Below, one piece after another: positions 1 through 9,279 of a DNA stretch of 64,000 nucleotides. How positions within the stretch are numbered: position 1 is the first letter of the stretch; each line of letters starts with the position of its first letter. The position numbers and the translations under genes are program-made. The DNA lies in the NCBI GenBank assembly GCA_963746535.1, contig CAVVBP010000007.1, forward strand, positions 752,319-816,318, given 5' to 3'. The DNA is from Vicinamibacterales bacterium (lineage in GTDB: Bacteria > Acidobacteriota > Vicinamibacteria > Vicinamibacterales > JAMQPK01). The notes beneath the pieces were generated by a model. That model saw only the letters and a list, made by a program, of their open reading frames with translations. It had not been told where the DNA came from and made no database searches.

Positions 1-118
1 GCGGCGATCCCAAGGTCAGAAGCATCACAACAGTCGGAAGTTTGTGGACACACTGAACGGTCGCACCATCACGAGGGAGACGCTCTCGGCGCGCCAAGCC
101 CCCGCGGCCAGGCAGTAA
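1..118 (+). CDS. C-terminal end of an unidentified CDS entering from the left edge
   Basis: Open frame from nt 2 (...KFVDTLNGRTITRETLSARQAPAARQ) to TAA at 116-118. No family is recognisable from 38 residues. Confidence 0.2.
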   Translation, partial: RRSQGQKHHNSRKFVDTLNGRTITRETLSARQAPAARQ

Positions 119-266
119 CGAGCATCAATCCGGGATGGCCGAAAGCCGTGAATTTGTCTCAAAATGTCTCAAGACTTCGTTCCACTATCTGCTACATTTC
201 CGGTCTCACTCAAAACTGGACGTAATTTTCCTCCTCGTCACAACGCAACACTCAGGAGGGGCAAGT

Positions 267-3200
267 ATGAAGAAACGAACGGGATTGCTGCCGGCGCTTC
301 TGGCTAACGTTCTTCCCGGGCTTGCGATGGTTTGCGTTGTTCTGGTCGTGCCGCTGTATGGCCAGGTTGAGCGGGCGTCGATTGTCGGCACTGTAACAGA
401 CACGTCCGGAGGAGCGATGCCCGGTGTCCAGGTGGAGGTCACCAATGAAGCCACCAACACCACGACCCGATTGGTTACTGACAGCGCCGGCTCGTACTCG
501 GCGGTGAATTTGATTCCGGGCAGCTATACCGTGGGCGCTTCCCTGCAGGGATTTCAGCCGAAGGCTTTTCGCAACTACGTGCTGCAGGTATCCCAGAGAG
601 CGCGCCTGGACATTACACTCGCCGTAGGCGGTCTGGAGCAGGCAATTGACGTGATTGCGGCGGCGCCGCTGCTGCAAACGGAGAATGCGTCGATCGGTCA
701 GGTGATCAGTTCCGAAGCCGTGAATGCGCTGCCACTGAACGGCAGGAATTTCGTCCAACTGGCGATCCTGGCCCCTGGCGTGACCGGGCTCGACTACGCC
801 CAGCAAAACACGATCAACTCCGGACGAAGGCCCGACGAGCTGCGGCCCGGAGGTACGACGCTTCAGGCGAACGGCGCCAGCAGCTGGAGCAATCAGGTGC
901 TGATCGATGGGATCGACAACACCGAGATGATCTCGCAAACCTTCGTGGTCCGGCCGGCGGTGGAGGGCATCCAGGAGTTCAAGGTGATTACGAACAATGC
1001 CGGAGCGGAGTACGGCCGCTCGGCGGGCGCAGTGGTCGTGGTCACGACGAAGGCGGGCGGCAACAACCTTCATGGGTCGGTGTTCGAGTTCTTCCGGAAC
1101 AGCGCGCTGGACGCCAGGAATTACTTCGCGAATCCGGATTTTGACAAGCCTCCCTTCCGCCTGAACCAGTACGGCGGAAGTCTCGGCGGGCCCATCGTCA
1201 AGAACCGCACATTCTTCTTCGCGACCTACGAAGGCTACCGGGAGGTCTTCGGAGACACCCAGTTGGTGACGGTTCCCACGATGGCCATGCGGCAGGGAAA
1301 CTTCCAGGGTGTAACGCCAAACGGCATCTACGATCCGATGACCACGCGGCCGAACCCGAACGGTACCGGCGTGATTCGTGATCGGTTCCCGAATGACATC
1401 ATTCCGCCGGAGCGCTGGGACAGAATCGGAGCTGCTCTGATCAATATGTATCCGGCGCCACAGAACTCGTCCGTGTTCAACAACTATGTCGCGAACCCGA
1501 AGAAGGTGAGCAACATGCATCGGGCGGATGGACGCATCGACCATCAGCTGACAGAGAGAGACACGCTGTTCGGCCGCTACTCAATCGATCGTGGGTTCCT
1601 CACCATCCCCGATACGTTCAATACGGATATCGGCGGCAGCCCCGCAAGCTTCGCCGGAGACAATGACGTGAAGGGACAGAACATGGTTGGTTCCTGGACA
1701 CGCCCGCTGTCCTCGAACCAGGTGTTGGAAGTCCGGTATGGCTACACGCAGTACGATATGGCTCTGATTCCAACCCAGCTGACCAACGCACTGTGGCAAA
1801 CCATCCCAGGCCGCAACAACAGCGACCCCTATCAGCCTACGGCGCCGATCATCGACCCGTCGGATCGCGTAGGTCTGGGCAATGCCCGGTCCACCCCGCT
1901 GATCCGTAACCAGCACATGCATGAGGTCATCGGCAACATGAACTGGCAGCGGGGCTCGCATAACATTCTTTTCGGCGCTGACATTCGCTGGCGGCGCACG
2001 TCGGAAACGGCAAGCCCTCCGGGTCAGAGCGCATTTGGCCGGTGGAATTTCAGTCCGGCATGGACGCGCAGCACCGTATCGGCGGGAGGGACCGGCGACA
2101 CGATGGCGGCGATGCTGCTTGGGTTTCCCGACGCCATCGTGAGAGATGTGTTCACGCCCGGCACCGCCGTTCTGCGAGCCTCGGAGAGCAATTTCTACAT
2201 TCGCGATGAATGGCGCGCGAAGCGCAATCTGACCCTGAATATCGGACTGCACTATGAAATCAACACCCCGTTCGTGGAAGACGACGACGTGTGGGCCAAC
2301 TTCGACCCCGCGACGGGAACGCAACTGCTCGCGGGCCTGAACGGCGTTTCGCGAAGCGGCAACATCAAGACGGACTACCGCGCAATCGGGCCGCGACTTG
2401 GGTTCGCGTACACGCCGCAGAGCAAGATGGTGGTCCGCGGCGGCTTCGGACTCTTCTACGCGCCGCAGGGTAACGCCGCCACGAACATACGCCAATTCCG
2501 TCAGCCGCCATTCGGCTTTCAGGTGAATGTTCCCATCAACACCAACGGTGTTCCCGTAAACCGCTTGACGGATGGTTTCCCGACCGTCGTCACCACGCCG
2601 AACTTGACGCAGGGGCCGCCGATTTACTCCCTCATGGGAGTCGATCCCGATTACCGGAACGCGCAGATGATGCAGTTCAACCTTGCGGTGCAACGCGAAC
2701 TGGACCGCCGCACGGTGGTGACGCTCGGGTATGTGGGCTCGCTCGGCCGTTATCTTGCGTGGGCGCGTCCGCTGAATGCTCCTGATCCGGGACCGGGCGC
2801 TCTCGATCCGCGGCGGCCTGTACATCAACTACCTGCCCGGCGTTGCAAATATCAACTGGCTGGAGTCGTCCGGTACGTCGGAATACAACTCGATGCAGGC
2901 GTCGGTTGAACGGCGGTTTGACCGGGGATTTTACCTGCTCTCGAACTGGACGTGGTCCAAGGGTTTCGACAATTTCGGCGGCGACGGAGGAGCCGGTGGC
3001 CCTGTACCGCAGGACCCGTTGAATCGCGATGCGGACTGGGGGCCTTCCAATAGCGATATACGCCATCGGGTGAATGTGGCGGGTACCTGGGAACTGCCAT
3101 TCGGGATGGGACGCAAGTGGCTTCACGAGGAAAACATCGCGTCCGATGTTCTCGGCGGCTGGGACTTTTCCGGAATCATGGTGTTCCAGACGGGCCTGCC

Positions 3201-3594
3201 GTTCACGGTCACGGCTCCCGGCTCACCAACCAATACGGGCAGGGGAGGCCGGGCAGATGTCGTATCCGGACAACCGTTGTATCCAGAGAATCAGACGATC
3301 TCGCAATGGTTCAATCCCGACGCGTTCAGCACTCCAACCGCGTTCAATTGGGGCAACTCATCGCGGAACGTGCTCCGCGGACCTGGAAGGACGAACGTCG
3401 ACTTGACCCTGGCCAAGGGTTTTCGGCTGGGGCAACAGCGGGTACTTACATTCCGCACGGAAGTGTTCAATGCGTTTAACACTCCCCAGTTCGCTCTCCC
3501 CGCTGCGGCTGTGGGTTCCGGGAATATAGCCACGATCACCAGTACGGCCCGGGCCAGCCGGCAGATTCAGCTGGCGCTTCGGCTGACATTCTGA
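267..3594 (+). pseudogene. TonB-dependent outer-membrane receptor with N-terminal carboxypeptidase-regulatory-like domain; reading frame broken near 2812-2822
   Basis: ATG at 267 follows AGGAGGG (254-260). Signal peptide, then IVGTVTDTSGGAMPGVQVEVTN...GSYTV (CarboxypepD_reg-like). The barrel continues in another frame (ORF 2776-3594) and ends in the typical ...QIQLALRLTF terminal Phe. The two ORFs overlap and switch frame after ...PGPGALDPRRP. Confidence 0.85.
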
Positions 3595-3879
3595 CGTGGC
3601 TGCGAGAAATACTATCGGCGCCAGGGTTACGAGATCCTCGAATGCTTTCACGAGGAAGGCGAGAGCGCCAACTGTCGACTGAACAAGGGCCGCGTGCATT
3701 TCGTGGTCGTGTTTAATCTGACACTCTTCGCGCGTGACAAGTACGACCACTTCGCGCTGCGTTCGCACCTGCAGTCGCCCGGCATTTCCCTGCGTTCCGC
3801 GACGGAACCGACGAACAGACGTCAAGGTGAGAAGCGGTGTCTAATCAGGTCGAGGAGGTGCGGCGATGACGACTCTTAA
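3595..3879 (+). pseudogene. Remnant of a serine recombinase (resolvase-type catalytic domain), 5'-truncated and degenerate
   Basis: The translation directly after the receptor stop reads CEKYYRRQGYEILECFHEEGESAN...VHFVVVFNLTLFARDKYDHFALRSHLQSPGISLRSATEPTN. This follows the resolvase pattern (Y..RQGWEIV..F.DEG.SA ... D.VVV..LDR.SR ... L...GI.L.S.TEP.D). The N-terminal catalytic Ser segment is absent. Confidence 0.5.
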
Positions 3880-4087
3880 CGGCTGGCAACGGATTTGGCT
3901 ACTAGCTTCGATTCTTTGGGCAGTTGTGATCCTGTTACTTGCAGGGATTCTTCAGCCGGACCGCGATCAGACCGTCCAGAGCGCCCTGTTCGTGGTGCGG
4001 CTGTGGATCGTCCCAGTCGTGGCGGTTTATGGGTTCGGCCTTGGCCTCGCTTGGGTCCGCCGCGGATTTCGAGTCGAGTCAAAGTAG
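3866..4087 (+). CDS. Small membrane protein (two predicted TM helices), unknown function
   Basis: GAGGAGG lies 6 nt upstream of ATG 3866. Hydrophobic stretches are IWLLASILWAVVILLLAGIL and LWIVPVVAVYGFGLGLAWV. Confidence 0.45.
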   Translation: MTTLNGWQRIWLLASILWAVVILLLAGILQPDRDQTVQSALFVVRLWIVPVVAVYGFGLGLAWVRRGFRVESK

Positions 4088-4151
4088 CCCACTACCGGAT
4101 TCAGCGTTCTCCTTGATCGCTGGGATGAGTCCATATAGGCAATGTTAGACG

Positions 4152-4379
4152 CTATTTCTTGTACTCCTCGGCGTCGACCTCGAAGGTCTGGCGCGGTCGC
4201 AACCCAAGCTCAAGTTTTTCAAGCATGCCCCCCAGCTTCTCACCATCGACCAATTCGATTGGCGGCGCCCCGTCTCGCACGGCCTCTTTCCGCGCCTCGG
4301 ACGTGAACGACCCGGTAGTGATGATGATGCCCTTGTCCGAATCGCGAGGCTGGGGTTGAGATACACGTTCTGAATTCAC
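4152..4379 (-). pseudogene. C-terminal fragment of an Mrr-like type IV restriction endonuclease
   Basis: KGIIITTGSFTSEARKEAVRDGAPPIELVDGEKLGGMLEKLELG matches the conserved Mrr_cat C-terminus (G.FITTS.FS..A...A......IELIDG..L..LL). The catalytic N-terminal part is missing; the fragment abuts the next gene. Confidence 0.55.
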
Positions 4380-4414
4380 CTGAGCAAAGCGGTATCAGGA
4401 GGGGGACAACATCA

Positions 4415-5404
4415 ATGGATTTGCATAAGCTGGTTCCGGTTCTGCTTCTCACCATGGGTGGGGTTCTGCTCCCAACGCGCATCGGTGCCCAAGCGCCTTC
4501 GGCGCCGGCATTTCCGAAATCCATTCCAACGTCGCCGGGACCGAAGACCAACCTGTTTCCTCACCTGATGACGAAAGCCGAGGTCCTCGCGGCGTTGGCA
4601 CAAGTGCAGGATTCACAGGACCTCGTGGTGAAGACTAATTTCGCCATTACACTCCGCGCCGCGAGCAACAAGACAAAGCTACCGTGGAAGTTGCACACAG
4701 AGGCCGATGAGCTGTGGTTTGTGTACAAGGGATCAGCCAAAGTCACCCTGGCTCCCTTCTCATTACAGGTGGGAGTGACGCCGCCGGGAAGCACCTATGA
4801 TGCAGCGGAAGGGGACATCGTGAACGTCCCGCGCGGGATGGCCTATCAGGTTATGCCGGCCGGCCGCTTCGAATATGTTGCGGTCCGGAAATTTCTGATC
4901 CCGCCCCCACCTACCGGACGAGGCGGTGGCGCGCCCGCGCAACAGGGACCACCGCCGACGGTGGTGACCAAAGCCGAGATCGACAAAATTTACGCCACAG
5001 CCACGGCGAGCGTGCCCATCTATCCTGGGATCACGGCGAATCTCTACGACGGCGGACCAAAGGGCGTGAAATGGGGTCCCCAGCCGGGCGGTCCCGTGGA
5101 AAACCATGAACGCGATGAGCATCTTTATATTGCGACGTACGGCCAGGCGAAGGCCTACATGGACGGCTTTATCACCGATGGGCATTGGGATAGACGTGGC
5201 GTGATGGGACTCGGGACCGCAGGTTCTACCGAGTACACGATGAACCCAGGCGATCTCCTGTTCGTCTTCCGAAATACGCTGCACTATATCGTCCCAATTC
5301 CAACGACAGGTAAGGCTGGCTACTTCCTTGTGAGTTTGAATGGGACGACCACGGAGCAGTCTCTGCCGAAAGCGATCATTCCGAATGGCGGAGGGGCCTA
5401 CTAG
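4415..5404 (+). CDS. Secreted two-domain cupin-like protein, paralogue 1 of 3
   Basis: Signal peptide. Cupin-like strands HTEADELWFVYKGSAKV...GDIVNVPRGMAYQV...FEYVAVRKF, and a second domain ENHERDEHLYIATYGQAKA...PGDLLFVFRNTLHY. Strongly similar to ORF 6370-7341. Confidence 0.8.
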   Translation: MDLHKLVPVLLLTMGGVLLPTRIGAQAPSAPAFPKSIPTSPGPKTNLFPHLMTKAEVLAALAQVQDSQDLVVKTNFAITLRAASNKTKLPWKLHTEADELWFVYKGSAKVTLAPFSLQVGVTPPGSTYDAAEGDIVNVPRGMAYQVMPAGRFEYVAVRKFLIPPPPTGRGGGAPAQQGPPPTVVTKAEIDKIYATATASVPIYPGITANLYDGGPKGVKWGPQPGGPVENHERDEHLYIATYGQAKAYMDGFITDGHWDRRGVMGLGTAGSTEYTMNPGDLLFVFRNTLHYIVPIPTTGKAGYFLVSLNGTTTEQSLPKAIIPNGGGAY

Positions 5405-5451
5405 GATGCTCACGTGCGCTTTGTATTTCTTGATTGGAAAGGACTAGGGCT

Positions 5452-6369
5452 ATGAACCGTTCACGGACTGTCGGGATAGTCGCGGTCGCGTCGTGCGTCC
5501 TCGTGCTGGGACTGGCCTCCAGCCGTGTGAACGCGCAAGCCAAGTTGACGAAAAACTTGTTTTCGCACGTGATGAAGAGCGCGGATGTCGACGCGCAGTT
5601 TGCGAAGATCAATGATTCCTGGGATGTGTATACGAAGACGAATCATGCGGTCACGTTCCGTGTGAACACGAAGAAACTGCCGCCGACGAATCATGAGGAG
5701 GCTGATGAGTATTGGTTTGTACGGAAGGGTTCGGCCAAGGTCAGCCTCAAGACCGGAACGGCAACTGCCGACGCCCCACACGATGTCGCAGCTGGCGATG
5801 TGGTGTATGTCCCGAGAAACGTCCCCTATGAGATCGATCCGGGTGCAACCCGTTTTGAGTATGTCGCTCTTCGAGTATTCACACCCCCGCAACTCGGGAG
5901 AGGCGCAGGAGCCGGCGCGGCCGGGGCAGCTCAGCCCGAACCTACGTCGTATTTCGCAGCGAAGGCTCAGATCGACCAAACGTTCGCCACAGCACCGCAG
6001 TCTACCCAACTGCGATTTCCGCGGGGTGGCAGTGTCAACATGATCATCTACAACGGCGCGACTGGCCCCTACGAATCGCATGAGGCAGTAGACCAGATCT
6101 ATTTCGTGCGTCATGGAACAGCCAAGGCGGCCATGGACGGCCGACTCGTGAATCCCACCGTAACCGGCCCAGGTCAGATACGCGGAACCGGATACATCGA
6201 CAGCAGCGAGTACACCATTGCTCCTGGTGACATCGTCTGGATTCCGCGAAATCAACTGCACTTTGTGGATCCCGGCACTGCGAGGATTGGATATTTTCTG
6301 GTCGGTTTCCCCAGCTCTCAGTCTGGCTTTCCGGAGCCACCTGATGGCGGGCGAGGAGGTGGACAGTAG
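5452..6369 (+). CDS. Secreted two-domain cupin-like protein, paralogue 2 of 3 (more divergent)
   Basis: ATG 5452 after GGAAAGGA (the ORF track starts at TTG 5434). Signal peptide VAVASCVLVLGLASSRVNAQA. Motifs NHEEADEYWFVRKGSAKV, GDVVYVPRNVPYEI, FEYVALRVF, HEAVDQIYFVRHGTAKA, PGDIVWIPRNQLHF. Confidence 0.8.
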   Translation: MNRSRTVGIVAVASCVLVLGLASSRVNAQAKLTKNLFSHVMKSADVDAQFAKINDSWDVYTKTNHAVTFRVNTKKLPPTNHEEADEYWFVRKGSAKVSLKTGTATADAPHDVAAGDVVYVPRNVPYEIDPGATRFEYVALRVFTPPQLGRGAGAGAAGAAQPEPTSYFAAKAQIDQTFATAPQSTQLRFPRGGSVNMIIYNGATGPYESHEAVDQIYFVRHGTAKAAMDGRLVNPTVTGPGQIRGTGYIDSSEYTIAPGDIVWIPRNQLHFVDPGTARIGYFLVGFPSSQSGFPEPPDGGRGGGQ

Positions 6370-7341
6370 GTGAAATTTCTCACTGCCTCGGGCGTCTTGT
6401 CAGGGCTGTGTCTGATATCTGCAGTGCACAGTGCGGCTCAGGTCTTGAGTCCTCCAAAATTTCCTGAGACCGTGACGGTATCTCCAGGGCCAAAGACGAA
6501 CTTGTTTCCGCACGTCATGAAGAAAGCCGAAGTGCTTGCAGCCCTGTCGCAAGTCAAGGAGTCGCAGGATCTATTTGTCAAAAGCAACGCCGGAGTCGCA
6601 TTGCGTGTTGCTTCTAACACAATGAGGTTGCCTTGGAAACAGCACCTCGAAGCAGATGAACTGTGGTTCGTATATCGCGGCGCGGCGAAAGTGAGCCTGG
6701 CTCACTTCTCGCTGCAGCTGGGGATCACCGCACCCGGCGAGACCTACAGCGTGGGAGAAGGCGATATCCTCAATGTTCCGCGGGGTATCGCGTATCAGAT
6801 CATGCCAGGTTCCGAACGCTTTGAATATGTTGCGGTTCGAAAGTTTGCCATTCAGCGGCCAAATTCGCAGCAGACCGCAGCGGCTGGTGGCCAGCCAGGT
6901 TCTCCCGTGACGACAAAGGCACAGATCGACGAATGGTACGAGGCGGGCATTGCAGGTACTTCCGGCATCCCGCCGGGAATCAACAGAATCATCTTCGACC
7001 GCGCCAAAGGTCCTGACTGGCGTAAAGGCGGGGCTCCTGGTCCCTGGGAGAACCACGAGACTAATGAGCACCTCACTATTGTGGTTTACGGAACCGCGAA
7101 GGCCACTCTAGACGGCTTTGTTACCGGCGCGGCGTGGGACAATCGCGGCGTAATGGGTAGGGGCGTGGTCGGCGGCAGCGATTACACGGTCGGACCCGGA
7201 GACCTGGTTTTTGCTTTTCGGAATACCGCGCACTTTTTTGATCCCATCTCTCAGAAATTCGGGTACCTCCTGGTGGATTTGCCGCAAAGTGAGCGGTTCT
7301 GGCCTACATCGATAGTGCCCAATGGAGCCGGTCCGTATTAG
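6370..7341 (+). CDS. Secreted two-domain cupin-like protein, paralogue 3 of 3
   Basis: GTG start immediately after the TAG of the previous gene. Near-colinear with paralogue 1 (SPGPKTNLFPHVMKKAEVLAAL..., EADELWFVYRGAAKV, GDILNVPRGIAYQI, FEYVAVRKF). Confidence 0.8.
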   Translation: MKFLTASGVLSGLCLISAVHSAAQVLSPPKFPETVTVSPGPKTNLFPHVMKKAEVLAALSQVKESQDLFVKSNAGVALRVASNTMRLPWKQHLEADELWFVYRGAAKVSLAHFSLQLGITAPGETYSVGEGDILNVPRGIAYQIMPGSERFEYVAVRKFAIQRPNSQQTAAAGGQPGSPVTTKAQIDEWYEAGIAGTSGIPPGINRIIFDRAKGPDWRKGGAPGPWENHETNEHLTIVVYGTAKATLDGFVTGAAWDNRGVMGRGVVGGSDYTVGPGDLVFAFRNTAHFFDPISQKFGYLLVDLPQSERFWPTSIVPNGAGPY

Positions 7342-7714
7342 GACCAGAAGATCATCTGGAAACGCGGCTCGCTTCGAGGCCTCGCCGGGCGCCCTCCAAG
7401 GTAGGTCGAGAATAAGGGCCTCAGCGTAGCGCTGTGCCGCACCCTCTGGATTGTGAGATCCACTTCCAGCGCGGCCAGGTTCAAGTAAGACCGCGCACTA
7501 AAGGGATTCGCACGCAGCGCCTTCAAATGCTTCGCGCGGCGGTTGCAATTGCCCAAGGCTTGCGAGCAATGCACCGAGAAGATTCTCGGCACGTGAATGG
7601 CCCCGGCTCGTTACGCACCACGAATGCCGCGTCCTGGGCAGCGAGATCTGGTCGACCCTGTAGAAAATAGAGTGAGGCGCCGTCGGCGTTCACGATAGGT
7701 CGTACCCGATTTCG

Positions 7715-8650
7715 CTACTTCGCGGGCGCCTCGCGGACGAACCGCGCCGCATAGAGCGCAAGGTTGGAACCCGTGACCGCGTACGCTTCCGGAAGGAGCG
7801 TCATCAGCGTGGCCCCGGTGAGGCCCTGCTCGTAGGACACGAAGCGGTAGCGCGTGAGCTTGTCGCTCGGCCGCTCGTGGAACACGACCCACTCGCCGCT
7901 GAACTCGACCGTTCCCGCCGCCGCCGCGCGGACCACGCTGCCGCTGGACAGACCCTGAAACCTGTAGCTGTACCGTCCGTCGGCGGCGATGGAATAGTAG
8001 TCCCCGGCAAACGTCACCGACGTGCCGGCGTAGGTGCCGGTACTGCCATTCACATACGAAACGACACTCGCGCCTCCGGTCTTCCAGTCGCCAACGAGAT
8101 CCGCGACCCCGATCGTCGTCTTGATCGGCGCCGCATGCAGCGGAGCGATACGGACGCTGCCAATCACCATCCGCACCGTTTCATACAGGGCGTCGAGCAC
8201 CGCACGGTTGGGACCGACAACCACCACCGGAACGAACGTCGCGACACTGGGCCGCAGGATATAGAGGGCGACCTCCCTGGTGCGATTGGCCACGGCGCCA
8301 CCTGACCACTTCGCAGCATAGCCGACCGATCCGCGAACGTCGTAGATCGGCGACGGCAGCGACAGGCGGGGATCATTCTCGACCAGCGTGCGCCACGCAA
8401 TCGCAAAGTCCCTGTCGGCAGCGCCACTGCTCGGCTGAGGCGCCGTCAGAAGGATGATCAGGTACGCGCCATTAGTGTTCTGCCAGACCATCTCGGCGCG
8501 ATCAGGCGCGCTGGTCTCGTACTTCCAGCCGTCCGGCACTGCGAAGGACAGCGGCTCGATCGTCTTCACGTCGGCGATGGCGAGGCGAGGAAGCAGCGTC
8601 GCGCAGACGGCCACAAATAGGGTGACTGCGAGCGAACGCGTATAGCGCAT
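7715..8650 (-). CDS. Secreted protein of unknown function
   Basis: ATG at 8650 (MRYTRSLAVTLFVAVCATLLPRLAIA signal peptide) after a GAGAGGA-like RBS. No recognisable motifs. Confidence 0.7.
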   Translation of the reverse strand: MRYTRSLAVTLFVAVCATLLPRLAIADVKTIEPLSFAVPDGWKYETSAPDRAEMVWQNTNGAYLIILLTAPQPSSGAADRDFAIAWRTLVENDPRLSLPSPIYDVRGSVGYAAKWSGGAVANRTREVALYILRPSVATFVPVVVVGPNRAVLDALYETVRMVIGSVRIAPLHAAPIKTTIGVADLVGDWKTGGASVVSYVNGSTGTYAGTSVTFAGDYYSIAADGRYSYRFQGLSSGSVVRAAAAGTVEFSGEWVVFHERPSDKLTRYRFVSYEQGLTGATLMTLLPEAYAVTGSNLALYAARFVREAPAK

Positions 8651-8881
8651 GGTCACAGATCCTCTCGGTTTGCGAGCGGAGATTAGTCGAACCGATCGGG
8701 AAAAGGCAAACGAACATCGAGCGGCTGCGTGAGGCACTCATGCAACGTGCGAACAAAGCAAATGATGAACGAACGCGTTCTGAAGCTCAGCCTTCCAACG
8801 CTCTGCAAGTCATCGAGGCCCATGTGTCCTCGGTGACCGCGAATTGTTCGATGGGCGCAGACGGGCCGACGGCCCGACTCA

Positions 8882-9094
8882 TTACGCAAGCTTGCCTACC
8901 GCCGGGCCGGGATCGCGTCCCTCGTAATGGTCCGCATCATCCTCGACTTGCACGACGAGAGACACGCCATTCTTCGCCCTGCGCACCAGGAAGCTGTTAC
9001 GAATGTCATGGTTATCGAGGATGGCCTCCAATTGACGCAGGTTGCGGCGCGAAAGCCTCAGGTATACACGGTCCCCAATAATGGTCGCGAACAT
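8882..9094 (-). CDS. Small hypothetical protein (70 aa)
   Basis: ATG at 9094 (MFATIIGDRVYLRL...) preceded by GGGAGAAG. No family recognised. Confidence 0.4.
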   Translation of the reverse strand: MFATIIGDRVYLRLSRRNLRQLEAILDNHDIRNSFLVRRAKNGVSLVVQVEDDADHYEGRDPGPAVGKLA

Positions 9095-9279
9095 GTCTTC
9101 TTCTCCCACTTCTCCGCGCAACGCGCGCGATTAGACACAGGCAACTTCAGTTCCACTCGGGCTGCTCTGCGATCTGATTGATATTCAGGAGGTTGGGCGT
9201 CGTGGGCGCCGCGTCACTTTCGGTCGGCGTGACGAAATAGAGGCAGATGCCGAGGCGTGATCGCGAGCGCTTTCCCCGG

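Noticed and set aside
7588-7601. GGCACGTGAATGGC with correct GG-N10-GC spacing on the plus strand.
   Set aside because: There is no plus-strand gene downstream (the next gene is on the minus strand). It is likely a chance match in GC-rich DNA.
7338-7700. Possible decayed TPR-like gene on the minus strand in the 375-bp gap after the cupin genes. The fragments LGALLASLGQLQPPREAFEGA and ANPFSARSYLNLAALEV lie in different frames.
   Set aside because: The resemblance is only vague and is spread over several frames. It is not enough to call a pseudogene without a profile search.
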